NCBI GenBank assembly: GCA_002269645.1
Contig: NIVC01002048.1
Coordinates: 1 to 64,000 of the forward strand
DNA: 64,000 nucleotides
Direction of reading: 5' to 3'
From: Macrostomum lignano
Lineage: Eukaryota
Position numbers and translations under genes: made by a program. Shown here one piece after another: positions 12,292 through 22,750 of this stretch. The notes under the pieces are model-generated. The model had not been told where the DNA came from. It did no database searches and was given only the letters and a program-made list of their open reading frames with translations. The first letter of the stretch is position 1. Every line of letters starts with the position of its first letter.

Positions 12292-12990
12292 GACTAAGGA
12301 CGACTTAAGAGGGACGGGAGGCCTCGTTTCTTGGAAAATTTTTGAAGGCAGGCTTTTCCGAAAAATACACTACGGAGATAGGAAGTTTTCATTTCTTCAG
12401 CACAAGGACTGCTGTTGCTTTTGATGGGAGGCAGATCCAGTGTTCATCTTTTGATATGTTGTGCCTTTCTTATTGCTCTATCGATACTCATGGGGCTTTT
12501 CGCTCAAAGAATTAGGGATTCTATGCTAATTTTTATTCTACATACATTTGCACATATTCTTGTGCCTAAAAACCATTAAAATGGCACAGCTCAGCTCTTG
12601 GTTTTAAGATTTCATTTTATAATTCCTAGCTGACTGTGTAGCAAATATTTGTAACAGAGATGATAAAATAGATTTATAAAACCAAAGATTGGAGCTGTGC
12701 CATGCATTTTTATGATTGTTAGTTACAGGAAATGTACGTAGAATAAAAAATTCACATAGAATCCTAATTCTTTGAACGAAAAGCTTTGTGAGTATTGATA
12801 GAGCAATAAGAAAGGCACAACATATCAAAAAAATGAACACTGGATCTGCCTCCAATCAAAAGCAACAACAATTTTTGTGCTGAAAAAATGAAAACTTCCT
12901 ATCTCCATAGTGCATTTTTTTCGGAAAAGCCGCCTTCAAAAATTTTCCAAGAAACGAGGTTTCCCGTCCTTCTTAAGTTGTTCCTTGCCA
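12292..12990. repeat. Long inverted repeat (arms about 12292-12620 and 12660-12990), MITE/foldback-like
   Basis: The reverse complement of arm 2 aligns along arm 1 with scattered substitutions and small indels; spacer about 40 bp. Confidence 0.9.
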
Positions 12991-15024
12991 TGACCATGTA
13001 GAACTCAAAGATCGTGTAATTTTTTGGAGGCTAATTTCCTGAAAAAAGTACACTGCGGAGATAGGAAAAAATATTTTTTTCATTACAAAATCTACAATGA
13101 TTGCAATTGATCTGGGACAGTGAAGATTATAACCATTCTTTTAATTTAGCACGCACAGCATCATGTTACACTCTGTTATAATTTATATACTTTGTAATTA
13201 AAGTTTCAATTTCATATTGTAATTTTCTTCTTTTTTCATAGGCCCAAATTTTTATGCACAAATTTTGTATGATAGGAACTAATATAAATTGACAAAACAA
13301 AACAAAAAATTAAGCTACATGTAATGCCACTTGTGAGCATTACAACTTTGGGCTCATCAAATAATAAGAAAATATAGTGATAATGAAACTCTCATTACAC
13401 AGCTGTATAAAATATATAACAGAGTTACATGCTATGCAATCGAAATTAATAAATTGTAATCTTCACTGCCCCAGATAAAAAAGAAATTATTGATATTGTG
13501 ATAAAAAAGAATATTTCGAGGGAATTGGCCTCCAAAGGGTTGCACGAATTTTGAGTTCTGCGTCCTGTTATACTAAAGCGGTCTTGGACCACAGATTGAT
13601 AGTTGGTTATTCAAATAAACTGCATCCCTGTTGTTTATTAAGAGTTTACAGAATTCTCTATAATTTTGTACGCGATCATTTTTCGATCCGAAAGTCACTG
13701 GCTAGCTGATACCGACTTGTCATTATTTTTATTGTAATTTTGTTTAAATTCGTTTTTAAATTATGCTTGTACGTGCTGTCTTGCCGCCATGCAAGTATTA
13801 CGAATGCTGATCATTGTTTTAATAATCTAAAATAACCCCATCGTATGTGATGTAGAGGTCCAAAACATTTCAAATCAAGAATTTCAAATAACTCGTTTTT
13901 GTAATAAATAAATTTGCGATAATTTTCTTTGGAGATGACTTTTTTGCGGCCAATATTCCAATATTAATATTTTCTATAGAATTATTTTGGAGTCTGTCAA
14001 AATCGAGGACTGCACGAGAGATTTCCCAACAATAATGCTTAGTGTCCGAAAAATGGTATCACGACTTCTGCGGCTTCCAGCAGTGTCGACTTGACCAATA
14101 TACAATTGTTTTTTATTTCCATAACAACAATCAAATAATATTTTAGATTGTCTATGGTTCAATACTACTGACTAATCTTCCCCAGAAGTAGTTTTAAGGT
14201 TTATTATTTCGCCTGAATGTTTTTTCCCGCAATTAATCATTCCGTTTATATTCTACGGTTTTAGCTAGATTTGCATTTAAGAATTATTTGTTGGGTTTCG
14301 CCATAGACAACAAGAGCTAAATCTGAAACAATAAAACTCAAATCAAGTTGATGATTCAGCCAAACAAATTGAGAATTTCCATTTGGCAGAAGTAGATTTG
14401 GTCTTGCCCATAGACATAGATAGACGGAAATAACGCAAGCAAGTCTAGAATTCGGCCATAGACAAAGAAGGATTCCAGGAGCAACCTCTCATCTCTCATA
14501 GGCTCTCTCTTTCTCTTTCTCTCAGCTTTCAAATCTTTTATTGCATATTTTTAAATTGAGCTCATATAAATAAAGCTCATATAAATCAACTTCCAAGATC
14601 AAAATTATCAACTTGACTGACAAATGCAATTTTTTTACAGTCTGGCGCGCTTTCTGAAACGTCGCGTAGCGCTGCGTATGTAAAAAAATGTTTTAACAGC
14701 TTGGCCCAATCTATACGGGAGAAAGTCGAATTATTTCTGAATTGAGTAAACAGGAAGGAGGTGATTTTTCTACCAACTATAAAATGGTTTTCGTGCTTAG
14801 AATTTTGTCTACTAATTTTGGATCGTACTGTATGGCACAAATAGTTACTGGGAACAATGATTTACACTCGCTCACTTAATCCATAGCATAAGTGTCTGCA
14901 GCTGTTGCACTCTAGAGGCTCAAGACTTGGCTGAAGAACTTTGAGTCACACCTGACTGAGGAGTTATTGAGTAGCCTACTGAAGTTAATCAGAGTCAAAA
15001 TTAATTTTCAAAGAGTCACAATCA

Positions 15025-18000
15025 TGGCTAAAGTGTCAGAATCATGACCAAAGAGTCAGAATCATGATCAATGAGTCAGAATCATGACCAAAGAGTCAGG
15101 ATCATGACCAAAGAGTCAGAATCATGACTAAAAAGTCAGAATCATGACCAATGAGTCAAAATCATCACCAAAGAGTCAGAATCATGACCAAAGAGTCAGA
15201 ATCATGACCAAAGAGTCAGAATCATTATCATAGAGTCAGAATCATGACCAAAGAGTCAGAATCATGACCAAAGAGTCAGAATCATGACCAAAGAGTCAGG
15301 ATCATGACCAAAGAGTCAGAATCATGACCAAAGAGTCAGAATCATGACCAAAGAGTCAGAATCATGACTAAAGAGTCAGAATCATGATCAATGAGTCAGA
15401 ATCATTATCATAGAGTCAGAATCATGACTAATTAAAGAGTCAGGATCATGACCAAAGAGTCAGAATCATGACCAAAGAGTCAGAATCATGACCATAGAGT
15501 CAGAATCATGACCAAAGAGTCAGAATCATGACCAAAGAGTCAGAATCATGACCAAAGAGTCAGGATCATGACCAAAGAGTCAGAATCATGACCAAAGAGT
15601 CAGAATCATGACCAAAGAGTCAGAATCATTATCATAGAGTCAGAATCATCACCAAAGAGTCAGAATCATGACCAAAGAGTCAGAATCATTATCATAGAGT
15701 CAGAATCATGACCAAAGAGTCAGAATCATGACCAAAGAGTCAGAATCATGACCAAAGAGTCAGGATCATGACCAAAGAGTCAGAATCATGACCAAAGAGT
15801 CAGAATCATGACCAAAGAGTCAGAATCATTATCATAGAGTCAGAATCATCACCAAAGAGTCAGAATCATTATCATAGAGTCAGAATCATCACCAAAGAGT
15901 CAGAATCATTATCATAGAGTCAGAATCATCACCAAAGAGTCAGAATCATTATCATAGAGTCAGAATCATGACCAAAGAGTCAGAATCATGACCAAAGAGT
16001 CAGAATCATGACCAAAGAGTCAGAATCATTATCATAGAGTCAGAATCATGACCAAAGAGTCAGAATCATGACCAAAGAGTCAGAATCATTATCATAGAGT
16101 CAGAATCATCACCAAAGAGTCAGAATCATGACCAAAGAGTCAGAATCATTATCATAGAGTCAGAATCATGACCAAAGAGTCAGAATCATGACCAAAGAGT
16201 CAGAATCATTATCATAGAGTCAGAATCATGACCAAAGAGTCAGAATCATTATCATAGAGTCAGGATCATGACCAAAGAGTCAGAATCATGACCAAAGAGT
16301 CAGAATCATGACTAAAGAGTCAGAATCATGATCAATGAGTCAGAATCATTATCATAGAGTCAGAATCATGACCAAAGAGTCAGAATCATTATCATAGAGT
16401 CAGAATCATGACTAATTAAAGAGTCAGGATCATGACCAAAGAGTCAGGATCATGACCAAAGAGTCAGAATCATGACCAAAGAGTCAGAATCATGACCAAA
16501 GAGTCAGAATCATGACCAAAGAGTCAGAATCATTATCATAGAGTCAGAATCATGACCAAAGAGTCAGAATCATTATCATAGAGTCAGAATCATGACTAAT
16601 TAAAGAGTCAGGATCATGACCAAAGAGTCAGGATCATGACCAAAGAGTCAGGATCATGACCAAAGAGTCAGAATCATGACCAAAGAGTCAGAATCATGAC
16701 CAAAGAGTCAGAATCATTATCATAGAGTCAGAATCATGACTAATTAAAGAGTCAGGATCATGACCAAAGAGTCAGGATCATGACCAAAGAGTCAGGATCA
16801 TGACCAAAGAGTCAGAATCATGACCAAAGAGTCAGAATCATGACCAAAGAGTCAGAATCATGACCAAAGAGTCAGAATCATGACCAAAGAGTCAGGATCA
16901 TGACCAAAGAGTCAGAATCATGACCAAAGAGTCAGAATCATGACCAAAGAGTCAGGATCATGACCAAAGAGTCAGAATCATTATCATAGAGTCAGAATCA
17001 TGACCAAAGAGTCAGAATCATGACCAAAGAGTCAGAATCATTATCATAGAGTCAGAATCATGACCAAAGAGTCAGAATCATTATCATAGAGTCAGAATCA
17101 TGACTAATTAAAGAGTCAGGATCATGACCAAAGAGTCAGAATCATGACCAAAGAGTCAGAATCATGACCAAAGAGTCAGAATCATGACTAAAGAGTCAGA
17201 ATCATGATCAATGAGTCAGAATCATTATCATAGAGTCAGAATCATGACTAATTAAAGAGTCAGGATCATGACCAAAGAGTCAGAATCATGACCAAAGAGT
17301 CAGAATCATGACCAAAGAGTCAGAATCATGACTAAAGAGTCAGAATCATGATCAATGAGTCAGAATCATTATCATAGAGTCAGAATCATGACCAAAGAGT
17401 CAGAATCATTATCATAGAGTCAGAATCATGACCAAAGAGTCAGAATCATTATCATAGAGTCAGAATCATGACCAAAGAGTCAGAATCATGACCAAAGAGT
17501 CAGAATCATGACCAAAGAGTCAGGATCATGACCAAAGAGTCAGAATCATGACCAAAGAGTCAGAATCATGACCAAAGAGTCAGGATCATGACCAAAGAGT
17601 CAGAATCATGACCAAAGAGTCAGAATCATGACCAAAGAGTCAGAATCATTATCATAGAGTCAGAATCATGACCAAAGAGTCAGAATCATTATCATAGAGT
17701 CAGAATCATGACTAATTAAAGAGTCAGGATCATGACCAAAGAGTCAGAATCATGACCAAAGAGTCAGAATCATGACCAAAGAGTCAGAATCATGACTAAA
17801 GAGTCAGAATCATGATCAATGAGTCAGAATCATTATCATAGAGTCAGAATCATGACTAATTAAAGAGTCAGGATCATGACCAAAGAGTTAGAATCATGAC
17901 CAAAGAGTCAGAATCATGACTAAAGAGTCAGAATCATGATCAATGAGTCAGAATCATTATCATAGAGTCAGAATCATGACCAAAGAGTCAGAATCATTAT

Positions 18001-18615
18001 CATAGAGTCAGAATCATGACTAATTAAAGAGTCAGGATCATGACCAAAGAGTCAGGATCATGACCAAAGAGTCAGGATCATGACCAAAGAGTCAGAATCA
18101 TGACCAAAGAGTCAGAATCATGACCAAAGAGTCAGAATCATTATCATAGAGTCAGAATCATGACTAATTAAAGAGTCAGGATCATGACCAAAGAGTCAGG
18201 ATCATGACCAAAGAGTCAGAATCATGACCAAAGAGTCAGAATCATGACCAAAGAGTCAGAATCATGACCAAAGAGTCAGAATCATTATCATAGAGTCAGA
18301 ATCATGACCAAAGAGTCAGAATCATTATCATAGAGTCAGAATCATGACTAATTAAAGAGTCAGGATCATGACCAAAGAGTCAGGATCATGACCAAAGAGT
18401 CAGGATCATGACCAAAGAGTCAGAATCATGACCAAAGAGTCAGAATCATGACCAAAGAGTCAGAATCATTATCATAGAGTCAGAATCATGACTAAAGAGT
18501 CAGAATCATGACTAAAGAGTCAGAATCATGACCAAAGAGTCAGGATCATGACCAAAGAGTCAGAATCATTACCATAGAGTCAGAATCATCATAGATTCAG
18601 GATCATGGCCAAAAA
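15025..18615. repeat. 20-bp satellite, about 3.6 kb, intergenic, with higher-order structure
   Basis: GAGTCAGAATCATGACCAAA with recurring variants (ATTATCATA, GGATC, 24-bp ACTAATTAAA). Confidence 0.97.
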
Positions 18616-18964
18616 GTCAGACTTCTCATCAGAGTTAGAAAACTGAATTTCATGTGCAATAGCAAGTGCATTCTTGCAATTTCTACTAATAAAATCTAAT
18701 TCAGTTAATTGGGATCCAACAATCCATCAGAAAGTGTTTGAGGCGTTGCCTCTTCACGAGGTATCGCGATTGTGAGAGTGCGAAAGCTTGATACTGTTTA
18801 TTTTGACCAGTTAGCAAATATTCTGTTGCAATTTGATTGCTAAAACATCTTGGTTCAACACACTTGGTGTTGCGCTGGTAGAGAAAAATTAATGACAGAT
18901 TTTCTATTGCTTTTTCAACGCATTTACAGCGGTAACTGGAAACAATCACCAAGGGAACTTATAG

Positions 18965-19445
18965 GGGTGACAGCTCGAAGGACAGGTACTTACAGGGGTG
19001 ACAGCTCGAAGGACAGTTACTTACAGGGGGTGACAGCTCGAAGGACAGTTACTTACAGGGGGTGACAGCTCGAAGGACAGTTACTTACAGAGGGTGACAG
19101 CTCGAAGGACAGTTACTTACAGGGGGTGACAGCTCGAAGGACAGTTACTTACAGAGGGTGACAGCTCGAAGGACAGTTACTTACAGGGGGTGACAGCTCG
19201 AAGGACAGTTACTTACAGGGGGTGACAGCTCGAAGGACAGTTACTTACAGGGGGTGACAGCTCGAAGGACAGTTACTTACAGAGGGTGACAGCTCGAAGG
19301 ACAGTTACTTACAGAGGGTGACAGCTCGAAGGACAACTTACAGAGGGTGACAGCTCGAAGGACAGTTACTTACAGGGGTGATACACCGAATGACTGATTC
19401 TTAAAGGAAGTGACAGCCTGAAGGACAGGTGCTTACAGGGGTGAC
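18965..19445. repeat. 32-bp minisatellite
   Basis: GGGTGACAGCTCGAAGGACAGTTACTTACAG(A/G). Confidence 0.93.
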
Positions 19446-19571
19446 ATTGGGTGCACGTGCATCAACAAAGAAATAAAATTATAGAGGAAGTACGAAAGCA
19501 GCTCATCAATGGGCCTCAGCAAAATTACGGTTGTCTAAAGGCCCAAATCTAGAAACGGGTTGCCTCTCGGA

Positions 19572-19853
19572 TCAGTAGCTGATCTGGCTGGTCCACACCT
19601 TGCAGCCCACCGCGCAGAGCACAATCCAGATGAGCAGCAGGCCCAGGCCAAATATCAGCGAAGGCCACAGGATGCAGTGGAACACCAGAGTCTCGCTGAA
19701 CTCGCGGCCATAGAGTGCCGAGTAGTCCACGCCGTTGGACTCCGAGCGAATGTAGCACGAGTAGTTTTGGCCCGAGGCGTACAGTGTCTTGTTTAAATTG
19801 GCAATCTGAGCGGCGTTCATTTGTCGGTCCTTGTAGCAGATTCTCGAGGCGCA
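19572..19853 (-). CDS. KCNMB: BK channel beta-subunit-like (KCNMB/CaKB family) exon 2
   Basis: TTTCCAG acceptor on the minus strand. CASRICYKDRQMN...QNYSCY...LVFHCILWPSLIFGLGLLLIWIVL matches the KCNMB C-terminal loop (FSCY) and TM2 (LFHSLFWP). TGA at 19572-19574. Confidence 0.8.
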   Translation of the reverse strand, partial: CASRICYKDRQMNAAQIANLNKTLYASGQNYSCYIRSESNGVDYSALYGREFSETLVFHCILWPSLIFGLGLLLIWIVLCAVGCKVWTSQISY

Positions 19854-19884
19854 CTGGAAATATCGTGACGAGGCTCTCGTGCTA

Positions 19885-20085
19885 AGACTCTTGGTTCGAT
19901 TCCGTGCGGGAACTCATTAATGTTTTGGCTTCACACCCATGAGAGCCAACACCTGCAGGGCACAGAGATCGTACATGCCTGACGATTAGAAAGTCAGGGC
20001 TGCTGTACACCCTGTGTGAGCTGTGTGCGCGAGTGCGTGTCTGCGTACAGTATTTGCGCGCTTGCATGTGCTCAGGATTCAGTGA
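19885..20085 (+). mobile_element. Dispersed short repeat family copy (in KCNMB-like intron)
   Basis: Shares GTACATGCCTGACG.TTAGAAAGTCAGGGC.GCTG.ACAC with 40430-40470 and about 110 bp with the reverse complement of 11533-11645; contains GGTTCGATTCC. Confidence 0.65.
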
Positions 20086-20203
20086 AATGGGCAGAATTGT
20101 CTCAATTGGTTTGGCTGTGGGACAATATCGCCGAAGGCATTGCGCCAGAGTGCCTCCTGTCAGCTCTACATGCAAGAGCATTTTTTTAATTTTCAGAACC
20201 CAC

Positions 20204-20569
20204 CATCGAATTGAGCGACGCGGCAGCATAATAAGAATAGATGAGGTAGATCGCAGCCTCTCCCGACTGCACAGGCGCAGTCGCGGTCGTGAAGTTGACC
20301 CGAGCAAGCAGGCACGGAAAGCTGGATGGATCATTGTCTGCCGCGTCCTGGCAGAACTGGCTACCGGTGTAGCTGCTTGTCAGGTAGCGGCAGGTGGCCG
20401 GCGAGAATTCATTCTCGCGCAGGTAGGGGATCACAATGATGCCGAGGCAGATCATCTCGATCACGAATCCCATGACTAGGCTGGTGGCGCCGAAGATGTA
20501 GGCCCAGCGACCGAATCCGATGTCGATGCAGAGCCGATGGCACAGTTGGCTAATGCGCATGGCTTTCAT
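20204..20569 (-). CDS. KCNMB: BK channel beta-subunit-like (KCNMB/CaKB family) exon 1
   Basis: ATG at 20569. TM1 (AYIFGATSLVMGFVIEMICLGIIVIPYL) followed by a Cys-containing loop with FPCLLARVNFT (KCNMB motif YPCLQVYVNL). Donor ATG|GTGGGT at 20203, phase 0. Spliced product is 215 aa. Confidence 0.8.
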
Positions 20570-21709
20570 TTGCTTTTTACTCGGCTCTGCTGCTGCCTGA
20601 CCGAGTAGAAATATGCTTGGCTCTTTTTATTGCTGAGCTCTCATATAGCAGAAGGCGGAAGAAGATCTTGAGGCGGAATCTGTCTTGATCTCGCTTCAAT
20701 TTTTACGCTCCAATGAGTCCCGCGTGTGCCCCATTGGCCGCTTCCTGCTGGCCGAGCAATGTGAGGCGGACGCCAGTTCCACAGGGAGTCTTAACTTCCT
20801 TTTCCTTTTATTTTCTTGCCACCTATCCGGAAGCAGAATGAAGCGGAATGCTCCGACCCCACTCCCCACATGGCAGCAGCTGTCTGCCACTCTTGGTTCT
20901 CGGGAGCGTTTCTTCCAGTAGTTGCTGCCACGAATCCGTTTAAGTCTTAGATCTTCTTTTGTTTTTTCCCAGCCTAAGCTGCAACTACACAGCGGGGCGA
21001 TCCTTCCGTCAGACAAGGACGCGCGCGTTCGGTTGGTCTCCATTTCACACGCTCGTCAAGCCGACTGCACTCGCTGCCCCCCCCCCCCCGAGTGAGCTCA
21101 ACGTGTCGTCTGCGTGTTCATCTCAGTCAATGCCGTACGAACGAGATCTACTAATGGTTATGATTTTATTACGAATTTGAGCGCTTGTGATTGAGAGGTT
21201 GAAGTACAACCGAGAGTGTTATTGCTTGTACCCTTTTCTCGAAAATTCAGCAAGAGGTACGGCTGTATATTTTTGCGAGAAAAAAACAAAATTCATGATA
21301 CAACGCATATCCCGATTACAAATTCTTAATATATTAATAATTTTTATTGTCTCAAGGCTGAGTCAGATGAGTTAAAGTCGTTGGAATTATGCAAATCACA
21401 TCCATACATCGTCAAAGCCATGCAGTAAGATTAATTTATTGACTGCAGTTAATCTCAACTCAACGCTTTTTAGTCTGCAGATAAAATTATGACCAGCCTT
21501 GAGAGAGCTATCTAGTTATTCAGCTACATGTATAATAAACTCAATATCTGACTATCAATGCCGGCTCAGAGCAGATATATTGCGTGTGATTAATTATTTC
21601 TGACAGTGTGAGCTTGCTAGCATGCAAAATTCAACTGTCAATAATCACGATTATACCAGGGAAGCCTCTATGGTCGCTTTGCACTTACTTTCATATACAA
21701 CAGTCTTTT

Positions 21710-22050
21710 TAGCGGTTGTGAAGTTTCGCGTTTGTGAAGTTTCGCGGTTGTGAAAGTAGATGACATTTAGCGGTTGTGAAGTTTCGCGTTTGTGAAGTTT
21801 CGCGGTTGTGAAAGTAGATGACATTTAGCGGTTGTGAAGTTTCGCGTTTGTGAAGTTTCGCGGTTGTGAAAGTAGATGACATTTAGCGGTTGTGAAGTTT
21901 CGCGTTTGTGAAGTTTAGCGCTTATGAAAGTAGGTGATTTAGCGGTTGTGAAATTTCGCGTTTGTGAAAGCAGGTGATTTAACGGTTGTGAAATTTCGCG
22001 TTTGTGAAAGCAGGTGATTTAGCGGTTGTGAAATTTCGCGTTTGTGAAAG
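21710..22050. repeat. 58-bp tandem repeat with a 16-bp sub-period
   Basis: GCGGTTGTGAAGTTTCGCGTTTGTGAAGTTTCGCGGTTGTGAAAGTAGATGACATTTA. Confidence 0.9.
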
Positions 22051-22539
22051 CAACCCCTCGAGAGAATTCGCTGTTAAAATATCTAAAAGACTCTACTCAG
22101 CGCTATGCAGTCTCCAAAGAATGCTAATTATGACTAGCGATACGACAGGGATCAATTATATGCGCTCTTTTTGCAGTGAAGGTATAGTTACAATTATGTT
22201 TGAACTTGTTGACTCGTTTTAACGTGCTGGCTAAACGTATTAGGCTGCTGCGATAAAAAATCATTCAGTTCCAGTAGTCCGGTTCAAGTTTTCACCTGGC
22301 GAAACGACCGAACTAAAATCGTACGGATAGAAAAGCCGGATGATTGGATGAAACTGTCGACGTCGAATCGAACCGGAACAGGCGCGTCGCCACCGGGCTG
22401 GGGGGGGGGGGCAGGGGGACATGCCCCCCAGTAAAAGCTCTGGGGGGGGACATGCCAATGCTTTGTACCCCCACCCACCTTGTGAGTCGTTGTGGTAATC
22501 AGTAATTTTTCTACAGGGCGCCAAATTATAGCGCCTTCG

Positions 22540-22750
22540 GCGCCCAAATGAGTGCCTGTGGCGCTAAAATGAGTGGCTGCGGCGCTAAAATGAGTGGCTG
22601 CGGCGCTAAAATGAGTGGCTGCGGCGCTAAAATGAGTGGCTGCGGCGCTAAAATGAGTGCCTGTGGTGCTAAAATGAGTGCCTGTGGTGCTAAAATGAGT
22701 GCCTGCGGTGCTAAAATGAGTGCCTGCGGCGCTAAAATGAGTACCAAAAT
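22540..22750. repeat. 21-bp minisatellite
   Basis: GCGCTAAAATGAGTGGCTGCG. Confidence 0.9.

Noticed and set aside
15025-18615. CRISPR-like array
   Set aside because: Head-to-tail monomers with no unique spacers, no cas genes, eukaryotic context; the same applies to all other arrays.
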